UHGV virus genome: UHGV-0100642
Reading direction: 5' to 3' (one strand)
Source: a virus
DNA length: 21,173 nt
Positions 1-8,588 of this stretch are shown here, piece by piece. Every line of letters starts with the position of its first letter. Position 1 is the stretch's first letter. A model generated the notes under the pieces. The model ran no database searches. It saw only the letters and a program-made list of their open reading frames with translations, and was not told the DNA's origin. Made by a program: the position numbers and the translations under genes.

Positions 1-18
1 AATGCACTCGTTAAATAA

Positions 19-46
19 AGCCCTGAGTTAATAGCTCGGGGCTTTT
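19..46 (+). terminator. tR'-like intrinsic terminator at the end of the late-promoter leader (6S RNA terminus)
   Basis: Hairpin gccctgag/ctcggggc with a 7-nt loop followed by TTTTT. The flank gcacaacaggtaagagcatt and the next ~500 bp closely resemble the phage lambda tR'-to-S intergenic region as I recall it. Confidence 0.55.
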
Positions 47-571
47 TGCGTTTGCACAACAGGTAAGAGCATTGAACCCGCAGACCTCGCGGAATTGGTG
101 AAAGGTGCCGCGCAGTGCTCTTATCGTTGTGGTGAATACGCAGGCTGATGCGTTAATCAGGTGAACGAGACACCCGCCGGTCCGTGATATGGCACACCGT
201 GCCGGTCATATCTGCCGCGGTTAGCTTTACTGGTCTAGGGTGAAGCCGTGAAAGCGGAGGAAGTAAAACGAGGCGTCGGTACACGCCTATCGTCATTAAG
301 TCGGAGTTCAGCACCGACCGCCACAACCCAAACTGAGCCGTAGCCACTGGCTGTCCTGAATTCATCAGTGATAGTTATGCTGCGGCTTTCTACACATGAC
401 CTTCGTGAAAGCGGGTGGCAAGAGGTTGCGCTAACAACCTCCTGCCGTTTTGCCCGTGCATATCGGTCACGAACAAATCTGATTACTAAACACAGTAGCC
501 TGGATTTGTTCTATCAGTAATCGACCTTATTCCTAATTAAATAGAGCAAATCCCCTTATTGGGGGTAAGAC

Positions 572-895
572 ATGAAGATGCCAGAAAAACATGACCTGTT
601 AGCCGCCATTCTCGCGGCAAAGGAACAAGGCATCGGGGCAATCCTTGCGTTTGCAATGGCGTACCTTCGCGGCAGATATAATGGCGGTGCGTTTACAAAA
701 ACAGTAATCGACGCAACGATGTGCGCCATTATCGCCTGGTTCATTCGTGACCTTCTCGACTTCGCAGGACTAAGTAGCAATCTCGCTTATATAACGAGCG
801 TGTTCATCGGCTACATCGGTACTGACTCGATTGGTTCGCTTATCAAACGCTTCGCTGCTAAAAAAGCCGGAGTAGAAGATGGTGGAAATCAATAA
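572..895 (+). CDS. S: Class I holin, lambda S type, with dual-start motif Met1-Lys2-Met3 (antiholin/holin)
   Basis: 107-aa translation [32 protein letters not shown]... is essentially the lambda S protein as recalled. ATG at 572 and second ATG at 578. Overlaps the start of R, as in lambda. Confidence 0.96.
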   Translation: MKMPEKHDLLAAILAAKEQGIGAILAFAMAYLRGRYNGGAFTKTVIDATMCAIIAWFIRDLLDFAGLSSNLAYITSVFIGYIGTDSIGSLIKRFAAKKAGVEDGGNQ

Positions 896-1355
896 TCAAC
901 GTAAGGCGTTCCTCGATATGCTGGCGTGGTCAGAGGGAACTGATAACGGACGGCAGAAAACCAGAAATCATGGTTATGACGTCATTGTAGGCGGAGAGCT
1001 ATTCACTGATTACTCCGATCACCCTCGCAAACTTGTCACGCTAAACCCAAAACTCAAATCAACAGCAGCCGGACGTTACCAGCTTCTTTCCCGTTGGTGG
1101 GATGCCTATCGTAAGCAGCTTGGCCTGAAAGACTTCTCTCCGAAAAGCCAGGACGCTGTGGCACTGCAACAGATTAAAGAGCGTGGCGCTTTACCGATGA
1201 TTGATCGCGGTGATATCCGTCAGGCTATCGACCGTTGCAGCAATATCTGGGCTTCACTGCCGGGCGCTGGTTATGGTCAGTTCGAGCATAAGGCTGACAA
1301 CCTGATTGCAAAATTCAAAGAAGCAGGCGGAACGGTCAGAGAGATTGAGGTATGA
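879..1355 (+). CDS. R: Endolysin, lambda R-type lytic transglycosylase
   Basis: 158-aa translation [39 protein letters not shown]... matches lambda R as recalled. The stop overlaps the Rz start (ATGA). Confidence 0.96.
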   Translation: MVEINNQRKAFLDMLAWSEGTDNGRQKTRNHGYDVIVGGELFTDYSDHPRKLVTLNPKLKSTAAGRYQLLSRWWDAYRKQLGLKDFSPKSQDAVALQQIKERGALPMIDRGDIRQAIDRCSNIWASLPGAGYGQFEHKADNLIAKFKEAGGTVREIEV

Positions 1356-1789
1356 GCAGAGTAACTGCGATTATCTCCGCTCTGGTTATCTGCATCATCG
1401 TCTGCCTGTCATGGGCTGTTAATCATTACCGTGATAACGCCATCGCCTACAAAGAGCAGCGCGACAAAGCCACATCCATCATCGCTGACATGCAGAAGCG
1501 TCAACGTGACGTAGCAGAACTCGATGCCAGATATACAAAGGAGCTTGCTGATGCTAACGCGACTATCGAAAGTCTCCGTGCTGATGTTTCTGCTGGGCGT
1601 AAGCGCCTGCAAGTCGCTGCCACCTGTGCAAAGTCAACGACCGGAGCCAGCAGCATGGGCGATGGAGAAAGCCCAGGACTTACAGCAGATGCTGAACTCA
1701 ATTATTACCGTCTCCGAAGTGGAATCGACAGGATAACCGCGCAGGTTAACTACCTGCAGGAATACATCAGGACGCAATGCCTGAAATAA
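1352..1789 (+). CDS. Rz: Rz i-spanin (inner-membrane spanin subunit)
   Basis: N-terminal ~31 aa ([31 protein letters not shown]) match lambda Rz, then the sequence diverges. N-terminal transmembrane segment plus coiled-coil periplasmic domain. Position immediately after the endolysin. Confidence 0.9.
   Translation: MSRVTAIISALVICIIVCLSWAVNHYRDNAIAYKEQRDKATSIIADMQKRQRDVAELDARYTKELADANATIESLRADVSAGRKRLQVAATCAKSTTGASSMGDGESPGLTADAELNYYRLRSGIDRITAQVNYLQEYIRTQCLK
1551..1736 (+). CDS. Rz1: Rz1 o-spanin (outer-membrane lipoprotein), embedded in the +1 frame of Rz
   Basis: Alternative-frame ORF inside Rz. AAGGAG 7 nt upstream of the ATG at 1551. Signal peptide [19 protein letters not shown] followed by Cys (lipobox VSAC) and a proline-rich mature part ([14 protein letters not shown]...). 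The track ORF starts earlier, at 1524. Confidence 0.8.
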   Translation: MLTRLSKVSVLMFLLGVSACKSLPPVQSQRPEPAAWAMEKAQDLQQMLNSIITVSEVESTG

Positions 1790-1822
1790 ATTTTTTTGCA
1801 AATCACAAAGTCAATTTAATGA

Positions 1823-1846
1823 GCCTCGCGGTGCGGGGCTTTTTTA
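1823..1846 (+). terminator. Intrinsic terminator-like hairpin downstream of Rz
   Basis: Stem gcctcgc/gcggggc (one G-U pair), loop ggt, followed by TTTTTT. Confidence 0.5.
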
Positions 1847-1989
1847 TATCTGAATTTCACAGCGCATCTCACGCGCATATTAACGAGAGCCTTTCAGTAA
1901 GCGAGCCTGAGAAAAGCCGTTATAGGTGGCGACCTCTCTCGGGCGGCTTTTCTGTGAGACAGGCTCACTTTCTAAAAGGTAAAGACGCT

Positions 1990-2508
1990 ATGAATCATCA
2001 ATTGGCTAATCTCGATTTCCGGGACATGGTGGTTGTTTCTGGTGATCGCGTGATCACAACCTCCCGCAAGGTAGCATCTTACTTCGACAAGCAGCATCAC
2101 CACATCATTCAGAAAATCGAAAAGCTAGACTGTTCGGATGAATTTCTAACCAGCAACTTTTCGCGGGTTACCTATGAACACAAGGGTAATCAGTATGTTG
2201 AATATGAAATTTCCAAAGACGGTGCGATGTACATCATCATGTCGTTTACCGGCAAAAAAGCTGCCGCCATCAAAGAGGCGTTTATCAAAGCATTTAATTG
2301 GATGCGTGACAGGCTGATGGAGATGGCTCACTCATACCAAAGAGAGCACAACGAGTTAATGCTGGAGTTCATGAAGGAAAAGGATGTTGCCAGTATGTCA
2401 GGACGCTTGCTGAACCGCTGGGGCAGGATCAAAAAACCGCAACTCATAGCAAGAATCGAAAGGCTTGAGCAGCAGGCGCAAATATCGATCCCCGGACTGC
2501 CAAAGTGA
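1990..2508 (+). CDS. rha: Rha-family phage regulatory protein (pRha domain)
   Basis: N-terminal region MNHQLANLDFRDMVVVSGDRVITTSRKVASYFDKQHHHIIQKI resembles the Phage_pRha domain. P22 carries rha at this same position between lysis genes and terminase. Start chosen at the ATG at 1990 (AAAGG upstream); the 1777 start in the track would read through the terminator hairpin. Confidence 0.75.
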   Translation: MNHQLANLDFRDMVVVSGDRVITTSRKVASYFDKQHHHIIQKIEKLDCSDEFLTSNFSRVTYEHKGNQYVEYEISKDGAMYIIMSFTGKKAAAIKEAFIKAFNWMRDRLMEMAHSYQREHNELMLEFMKEKDVASMSGRLLNRWGRIKKPQLIARIERLEQQAQISIPGLPK

Positions 2509-2802
2509 CCATTCCAAAGCCCATCTACGGGTGGGCTTGATAATGAAACCAGAATTTATTCTGGGCAACCAGTTACGGCAGTACCACGAAACAACCCAAG
2601 CCAGTAAGTGGGGAAATAACACTGGCAGCCACTGAAAGATGAACCTCCAGCCTTATGGCAAAAAAGATTCTTTGTGGTGGCGGACTGATGGAAAGACATC
2701 GGTTATTGCAGAGGCCATTCAATGAGTGGTCTCGACAATGGCTTATACCCTACACGGGATAACTTAACTGATATCCCTTTTAACGGATAAACGGAGCCAA
2801 CA

Positions 2803-3045
2803 ATGGCAGAGATTATTCCCATGACTGAAGAACAGAAATTCCAGTTAGAGATTTACAAGCTGGTCATGAACCAGAACGCAGCCGCAGAAGAAGCATTTCA
2901 GTTCATTGGCACTGACGAGCTGAAGCTTGAGCTATTCAAAATTCACTTCCAGTCAGGCGGCGCTAATTCAGATATCACGACCCGCACTATCGAAGCGGTG
3001 CGTAAATCGAAGGAAGCGTTAGACCTGTTCACTACCGGAGCATGA
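2803..3045 (+). CDS. Hypothetical small protein (80 aa), moron ORF
   Basis: ORF with GGAG 8 nt upstream of the ATG, followed by a terminator hairpin. No family recognised. Confidence 0.45.
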   Translation: MAEIIPMTEEQKFQLEIYKLVMNQNAAAEEAFQFIGTDELKLELFKIHFQSGGANSDITTRTIEAVRKSKEALDLFTTGA

Positions 3046-3082
3046 TGCTCAACCTGAAATAACAAATAAGTGAGATGAATAT

Positions 3083-3107
3083 GGCAGCACTCAACATGCT
3101 GCCTTTT
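3083..3107. terminator. Bidirectional intrinsic terminator between convergent ORFs
   Basis: Perfect 7-bp stem ggcagca/tgctgcc, 7-nt loop, TTTT on the + side and an A-rich stretch on the 5' side (T-rich on the - strand). Lies between the + ORF ending at 3045 and the - ORF ending at 3121. Confidence 0.55.
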
Positions 3108-3120
3108 ATAGTTGATTAGT

Positions 3121-3360
3121 TTAACCGCGAGCTTCACGACCGTTTTCGTCTTCAGGCACACGGAAACGCCAGTACTTATCTGGCTTAACCCAAACAACAC
3201 TTTCACCGCTATCAACCCTGAATTTATTAATCACTTTTGTTGATAGCGCTTGGTTGCCATCCGCATTTTCTTTGAGGTGCTGCTCGTTATGTTGTTTAAC
3301 GAGATAATCCACAACATCCTGCTGATAAAGGCAACCATCTGTTGATAAAACGGACATCAT
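3121..3360 (-). CDS. Hypothetical small protein (79 aa), opposite strand to the late operon
   Basis: ORF on the - strand downstream of, and co-oriented with, the DUF2158-like gene. Weak ribosome-binding site. No family recognised. Confidence 0.4.
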   Translation of the reverse strand: MMSVLSTDGCLYQQDVVDYLVKQHNEQHLKENADGNQALSTKVINKFRVDSGESVVWVKPDKYWRFRVPEDENGREARG

Positions 3361-3404
3361 CCATGATGAAATATCATCAAGAGTTAAGGTTGGTGTGTTT
3401 GGGA

Positions 3405-3587
3405 CTATGGCTTTGGGGTAACGCGCTCAAGAGATTCCGGTTTGAAATATCCTTGCTCAAGCTTCTTGCCAGCAAACCATTGACAAAGAAAAGAGTTACC
3501 GTTGGTAGATGAAAATGACCTGATAGTCATGTCAGGTCCGCCTGATTTCAGTTTAACAATGTCACCTGTTTTAAAGTCATCGTTCAT
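3405..3587 (-). CDS. Small DUF2158/YodC-like protein (~60 aa)
   Basis: Motif GDIVKLKSGGPDMTI...C.WF is characteristic of the YodC/DUF2158 small-protein family. Strong SD (AAGGAG) 7 nt upstream of the ATG at 3587; the track ORF starts further upstream at 3620. Confidence 0.6.
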   Translation of the reverse strand: MNDDFKTGDIVKLKSGGPDMTIRSFSSTNGNSFLCQWFAGKKLEQGYFKPESLERVTPKP

Positions 3588-3613
3588 AACAATCTCCTTA
3601 TGGGAAGTAAAAA

Positions 3614-4141
3614 ATGGCACTCACCGACAAACAAGAAATGTTCTGTCGCGAGTACCTCATCGATTTAAATGCCACGCAAGCGGCTATTCGGGCGGGGTAC
3701 AGCGCAAAGACAGCTAACCGTACCGCATCCGAAAACATGTCAAAACCTGACATCCAATTCAGAATCGCCGAACTGAAAGCGCAACGCAATGATCTTGTTG
3801 GTATTAATGCAGAATATGTGCTTAATCGCCTTATTGAAATCGATCAGATGGATGTGCTCGACATTCTCCTGCAAAACGGTGAGCTAAAACCAATTAAAGA
3901 CTGGCCTAAGGTATGGCGCACAACGCTATCAGGAATGGATGTCGTGGAGATGGTATCTGCAGATAGCACCGCACTTCTGAAGAAAATCAAATGGCCTGAT
4001 AAGGTCAAAAATCTCGAACTTCTTGGTAAGCATGTTTCCGTTCAGGCGTTTAAAGAACAAGCTTCTCACGAGCTAACCGGCAAAGACGGCGGCGCAATCC
4101 AGATTGAAACATCACCGATGAGCACTCTGTTCGGAAAATGA
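3614..4141 (+). CDS. Terminase small subunit (Terminase_2-like)
   Basis: N-terminus MALTDKQEMFCREYLIDLNATQAAIRAGYS is typical of phage small terminase subunits. Stop overlaps the large-subunit start (ATGA). Confidence 0.85.
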   Translation: MALTDKQEMFCREYLIDLNATQAAIRAGYSAKTANRTASENMSKPDIQFRIAELKAQRNDLVGINAEYVLNRLIEIDQMDVLDILLQNGELKPIKDWPKVWRTTLSGMDVVEMVSADSTALLKKIKWPDKVKNLELLGKHVSVQAFKEQASHELTGKDGGAIQIETSPMSTLFGK

Positions 4142-5550
4142 CCTCGATTAATCCTATCTTTGAACCGTTCATTGAGGCGCATCGCTACAAAGTCGCCAAA
4201 GGCGGTCGAGGTAGCGGTAAGTCATGGGCAATTGCGAGACTGCTTGTTGAAGCGGCGCGTCGGCAGCCAGTGCGTATTCTCTGCGCTCGTGAACTGCAAA
4301 ACAGTATCAGCGATTCGGTAATCCGGTTGCTTGAAGACACCATCGAGCGTGAAGGGTATTCGGCTGAGTTTGAAATTCAGCGTTCAATGATTCGTCATCT
4401 CGGAACGAATGCTGAATTCATGTTCTACGGCATCAAAAACAACCCGACGAAGATTAAATCGCTCGAAGGTATTGATATCTGCTGGGTGGAAGAAGCGGAG
4501 GCGGTAACGAAGGAATCATGGGATATCCTGATACCAACCATCCGTAAGCCGTTCTCTGAAATATGGGTGAGCTTTAACCCGAAAAACATCCTCGACGATA
4601 CCTATCAGCGATTCGTCGTAAATCCTCCAGATGATATTTGCCTGCTGACGGTGAACTACACCGACAACCCGCACTTTCCTGAAGTTCTCCGTCTGGAGAT
4701 GGAAGAGTGTAAACGCAGAAATCCGACACTGTATCGTCACATCTGGCTTGGTGAGCCAGTAAGCGCAAGTGATATGGCAATCATCAAACGTGAATGGCTT
4801 GAAGCCGCAACCGATGCGCACAAGAAACTCGGATGGAAAGCGAAAGGCGCTGTTGTCTCTGCGCATGACCCATCAGATACAGGGCCAGATGCTAAAGGTT
4901 ATGCATCGCGTCACGGTTCGGTAGTTAAGCGCATTGCCGAAGGTCTGCTGATGGACATCAACGATGGTGCTGACTGGGCTACTTCGCTGGCGATTGAAGA
5001 CGGCGCTGACCACTACCTGTGGGATGGTGATGGTGTTGGTGCCGGGCTACGCAGACAGACAACGGAAGCGTTCTCCGGTAAGAAAATCACCGCCACGATG
5101 TTCAAGGGTAGCGAATCGCCATTCGATGAAGATGCGCCTTACCAGGCCGGAGCATGGGCTGATGAAGTCGTGCAGGGCGACAACGTCCGCACTATTGGCG
5201 ATGTATTCCGCAATAAGCGAGCGCAATTCTATTACGCGCTGGCTGACAGGCTGTATCTGACATATCGGGCGGTTGTTCACGGTGAGTATGCAGACCCCGA
5301 CGACATGCTGAGTTTCGACAAAGAAGCGATAGGCGAGAAGATGCTGGAGAAGCTGTTTGCAGAACTGACGCAGATTCAGCGCAAATTCAATAACAACGGG
5401 AAGCTGGAGCTTATGACTAAGGTCGAAATGAAGCAGAAGCTCGGTATTCCATCTCCTAACCTGGCTGATGCGCTGATGATGTGTATGCATTGCCCGGCAT
5501 TGGTCCGCGAAGAAACTGAAATATACGTTCCCTCATCCTCCGGTTGGTAA
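4138..5550 (+). CDS. Terminase large subunit (ATPase/nuclease)
   Basis: Walker A motif KVAKGGRGSGKS near the N-terminus, 470 aa, positioned between the small terminase and the portal. Confidence 0.93.
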   Translation: MTSINPIFEPFIEAHRYKVAKGGRGSGKSWAIARLLVEAARRQPVRILCARELQNSISDSVIRLLEDTIEREGYSAEFEIQRSMIRHLGTNAEFMFYGIKNNPTKIKSLEGIDICWVEEAEAVTKESWDILIPTIRKPFSEIWVSFNPKNILDDTYQRFVVNPPDDICLLTVNYTDNPHFPEVLRLEMEECKRRNPTLYRHIWLGEPVSASDMAIIKREWLEAATDAHKKLGWKAKGAVVSAHDPSDTGPDAKGYASRHGSVVKRIAEGLLMDINDGADWATSLAIEDGADHYLWDGDGVGAGLRRQTTEAFSGKKITATMFKGSESPFDEDAPYQAGAWADEVVQGDNVRTIGDVFRNKRAQFYYALADRLYLTYRAVVHGEYADPDDMLSFDKEAIGEKMLEKLFAELTQIQRKFNNNGKLELMTKVEMKQKLGIPSPNLADALMMCMHCPALVREETEIYVPSSSGW

Positions 5551-5552
5551 AC

Positions 5553-7679
5553 ATGGCAGAGACATTAGAGAAAAAACATGAGCGGATCATGCTCAGGTTT
5601 GACCGCGCCTATTCTCCACAGCAGGAAGTGCGCGAAAAGTGCATTGAAGCTACGAGGTTTGCTCGTGTCCCCGGAGGTCAATGGGAAGGAGCAACGGCGG
5701 CTGGAACTAAGCTTGATGAGCAGTTCGAGAAGTATCCTAAGTTTGAAATCAATAAGGTAGCAACTGAACTTAACCGCATCATTGCAGAATACCGCAATAA
5801 CAGAATCACCGTTAAGTTTCGTCCTGGTGACAGAGAGGCAAGCGAAGAGTTAGCCAATAAATTAAATGGTCTGTTCCGTGCTGACTACGAAGAAACTGAT
5901 GGCGGTGAGGCTTGCGATAATGCATTTGACGACGCTGCTACTGGTGGTTTCGGTTGCTTCCGTTTGACGTCGATGCTGGTCAATGAATACGACCCCATGG
6001 ACGATCGTCAGCGTATTGCTATTGAACCAATATACGACCCGTCGCGCTCTGTGTGGTTTGACCCTGACGCTAAGAAGTACGACAAATCTGACGCGTTGTG
6101 GGCGTTCTGTATGTATTCGTTGTCACCTGAAAAATATGAGGCTGAATACGGAAAGAAACCTCCTACTTCTCTGGATGTAACGTCTATGACCAGTTGGGAA
6201 TATGACTGGTTTGATGCAGATGTTATTTACATAGCGAAGTATTACGAAGTTCGTAAAGAGTCTGTTGACGTCATCAGTTATCGACATCCAATCACTGGAG
6301 AGATTGCAACATACGACAGTGATCAGGTTGAAGATATTGAAGATGAACTGGCAATAGCTGGATTTCAGGAAGTGGCAAGGCGCTCAGTGAAGCGCCGTCG
6401 TGTGTATGTATCAGTAGTGGATGGTGATGGTTTCCTTGAGAAACCTCGACGTATTCCTGGTGAGCATATCCCCCTCATCCCGGTTTATGGAAAACGCTGG
6501 TTCATTGATGACATTGAGCGTGTCGAAGGGCACATTGCAAAAGCAATGGATCCACAGCGTTTGTACAACCTTCAGGTTTCAATGCTGGCTGATACTGCAG
6601 CGCAAGACCCCGGTCAGATCCCTATAGTTGGCATGGAGCAAATTCGTGGACTTGAGAAGCACTGGGAGGCTCGCAACAAGAAACGCCCAGCGTTCTTGCC
6701 GTTGCGCGAAGTGAGAGATAAATCTGGCAACATTATCGCTGGAGCTACCCCGGCAGGATATACACAGCCTGCGGTTATGAATCAGGCATTGGCTGCATTA
6801 CTACAGCAAACCAGTGCTGATATTCAGGAGGTTACAGGCGGCAGTCAGGCCATGCAGCAGATGCCAAGTAATATTGCTCAGGAAACGGTTAACAACTTGA
6901 TGAACAGAGCAGATATGGCTTCGTTTATCTATCTGGACAATATGGCGAAAAGTCTTAAACGCGCTGGTGAAGTATGGCTGTCAATGGCGCGTGAAGTGTA
7001 CGGTTCAGAACGTGAAGTGCGCATCGTTAACGAAGATGGAAGTGATGATATCGCAGTCCTGAGCGCACAGGTTGTTGACAGGCAAACAGGGGCTGTTGTT
7101 GCGTTAAATGACCTTTCTGTCGGTCGATACGATGTGACGGTTGATGTTGGACCAAGCTACACAGCACGACGTGATGCAACGGTTTCTGTACTGACAAATG
7201 TCCTTAGCTCTATGCTTCCAACAGACCCAATGCGCCCGGCAATTCAGGGTATTATTCTGGACAATATCGATGGCGAAGGCCTTGATGACTTCAAAGAGTA
7301 CAACCGAAACCAACTGCTGATATCTGGTATTGCAAAACCACGCAATGAGAAAGAGCAGCAGATTGTTCAACAGGCGCAAATGGCAGCACAAAGCCAGCCA
7401 AATCCTGAAATGGTTCTCGCTCAGGCGCAAATGGTAGCAGCGCAGGCAGAAGCGCAAAAAGCAACTAACGAAACTGCTCAAACTCAAATCAAAGCATTTA
7501 CTGCCCAGCAGGATGCGATGGAGAGTCAGGCAAACACTGTCTATAAACTGGCTCAAGCCAGAAACATCGATGACAAAGCAGTGATGGAGGCAATACGCCT
7601 TCTGAAAGATGTCGCCGAGTCACAACAACAGCAATTCCAGTCACCACCACAGTCACCGGCAGACTTAATGCCGAGTTAA
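5553..7679 (+). CDS. Portal protein, P22 gp1-like
   Basis: About 708 aa. Central region RRRVYVSVVDGDGFL...GEHIPLIPVYG resembles P22 portal, and the C-terminus is a Q/A-rich helical barrel region. The track start at 5544 is a TTG; the first ATG is at 5553. Confidence 0.93.
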   Translation: MAETLEKKHERIMLRFDRAYSPQQEVREKCIEATRFARVPGGQWEGATAAGTKLDEQFEKYPKFEINKVATELNRIIAEYRNNRITVKFRPGDREASEELANKLNGLFRADYEETDGGEACDNAFDDAATGGFGCFRLTSMLVNEYDPMDDRQRIAIEPIYDPSRSVWFDPDAKKYDKSDALWAFCMYSLSPEKYEAEYGKKPPTSLDVTSMTSWEYDWFDADVIYIAKYYEVRKESVDVISYRHPITGEIATYDSDQVEDIEDELAIAGFQEVARRSVKRRRVYVSVVDGDGFLEKPRRIPGEHIPLIPVYGKRWFIDDIERVEGHIAKAMDPQRLYNLQVSMLADTAAQDPGQIPIVGMEQIRGLEKHWEARNKKRPAFLPLREVRDKSGNIIAGATPAGYTQPAVMNQALAALLQQTSADIQEVTGGSQAMQQMPSNIAQETVNNLMNRADMASFIYLDNMAKSLKRAGEVWLSMAREVYGSEREVRIVNEDGSDDIAVLSAQVVDRQTGAVVALNDLSVGRYDVTVDVGPSYTARRDATVSVLTNVLSSMLPTDPMRPAIQGIILDNIDGEGLDDFKEYNRNQLLISGIAKPRNEKEQQIVQQAQMAAQSQPNPEMVLAQAQMVAAQAEAQKATNETAQTQIKAFTAQQDAMESQANTVYKLAQARNIDDKAVMEAIRLLKDVAESQQQQFQSPPQSPADLMPS

Positions 7680-7692
7680 CCAGGAGTAATCA

Positions 7693-8577
7693 ATGGAAAA
7701 CGAACTGATCATCGACGGTCAGGTTATTGACCTGTCTGAAACACAGGAAAATGCAGAAGAAACCATCATCCAAACAGAGTCGCAGCCTGAGAATGAAAGC
7801 CAGGATGACAACGGAAAAGAGATGGCAACTGATCCTGAAAAAACCGAAGAGACACCAGAAGATTACGCCTTGCGTATTGGTGATGAAGAAATTCAGCTTA
7901 ACGCTGACGATGATGATCACATTGACGGGCAACCTGCACCGCAATGGGTGAAAGATCTTCGCAAAGGCTTCAAAGAAACACAGAAAGAAAACCGTGAGTT
8001 GCGCCGCCAGCTTGAGGAAGCATTATCCAAGCCTGCGGAACATCAGCAACAACAACCAGACGCTATTCCACCAAAACCGACTCTTGAGTCGTGTGATTAT
8101 GACGAACAGGCGTTTGAACAGGCATTGACTGATTGGCATGAGAAAAAAGGCCGTGTCGAACAGCAGCAGCAACAAAAACTACGTCAGCAACAGGAATACC
8201 AACAGCGTTTCCAGCAAAGGGTAGAAGCGCATAAACAACGGGCAGCCAAACTTCCTGTGAAAGATTATCAGGAAATGGAAGCCATTGTTCTTAGTGAGCT
8301 ACCACCAATTCAGCAGGAAATCATCATTCACTGTGCAGACGAAGGCTCTGAACTACTCGCCTATGGCTTAGGTAAGAGCCAGCAATTACGCCAGCGTGTA
8401 GCCGCTGAGACAGATCCAATTCGCGCAGCATTCCTCTTGGGGCAGATTAGCAAACAGGTAAGCCTTGCTCCAAAACCAAAGAAAGCCATCAAGCCAGAGC
8501 CGGAAGTACGTGGTGGCGGTGCTGATGCGAAACAAGACGAATTCAACAAATTATGCCCCGGCGCAAAAATCGAATAA
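7693..8577 (+). CDS. Scaffolding protein, P22 gp8-like
   Basis: 294-aa acidic, Q/E-rich, predicted helical protein between portal and coat. AGGAG upstream. Confidence 0.8.
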   Translation: MENELIIDGQVIDLSETQENAEETIIQTESQPENESQDDNGKEMATDPEKTEETPEDYALRIGDEEIQLNADDDDHIDGQPAPQWVKDLRKGFKETQKENRELRRQLEEALSKPAEHQQQQPDAIPPKPTLESCDYDEQAFEQALTDWHEKKGRVEQQQQQKLRQQQEYQQRFQQRVEAHKQRAAKLPVKDYQEMEAIVLSELPPIQQEIIIHCADEGSELLAYGLGKSQQLRQRVAAETDPIRAAFLLGQISKQVSLAPKPKKAIKPEPEVRGGGADAKQDEFNKLCPGAKIE

Positions 8578-8588
8578 GGAAAAGATAA

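Noticed and set aside
153-365. 70-aa ORF on the - strand in the tR'-to-S intergenic region
   Set aside because: It lies in a region that closely resembles the non-coding lambda tR'-S spacer, has no convincing RBS and an arbitrary composition. Probably a chance ORF.
47-571. Possible toxin or moron insertion (for example stx-type) between tR' and the holin
   Set aside because: The interval is only about 520 bp, is collinear with the lambda spacer and contains no plausible coding region. The locus appears empty.
33-1846. Shared motif cggggcttttt in the tR'-like terminator (about 36-46) and the post-Rz terminator (about 1835-1846) as a possible repeat pair
   Set aside because: Too short (about 11 bp), and it is generic GC-stem plus T-tract terminator sequence. 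Not supportable as a repeat or recombination site.
1777-1989. Longer Rha start at 1777 (243 aa) as listed in the ORF track
   Set aside because: It would overlap the Rz 3' end and read through a terminator hairpin. The Rha domain begins right after the ATG at 1990, which has an RBS.
2398-2622. 74-aa - strand ORF overlapping the rha 3' end
   Set aside because: Overlaps rha, no RBS. The hairpin at 2517-2538 (aagccca/tgggctt) lies inside it and is better read as an RNA structure after rha.
4516-5490. Antisense ORFs inside the terminase large subunit (4516-4866, 4574-4780, 5047-5490)
   Set aside because: Shadow ORFs on the opposite strand of a well-supported gene, with no RBS or family resemblance.
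7104-7951. Antisense or alternative-frame ORFs within portal and scaffold (7104-7556, 7690-7944, 7727-7951)
   Set aside because: They overlap confidently assigned genes; low-complexity translations typical of chance frames.
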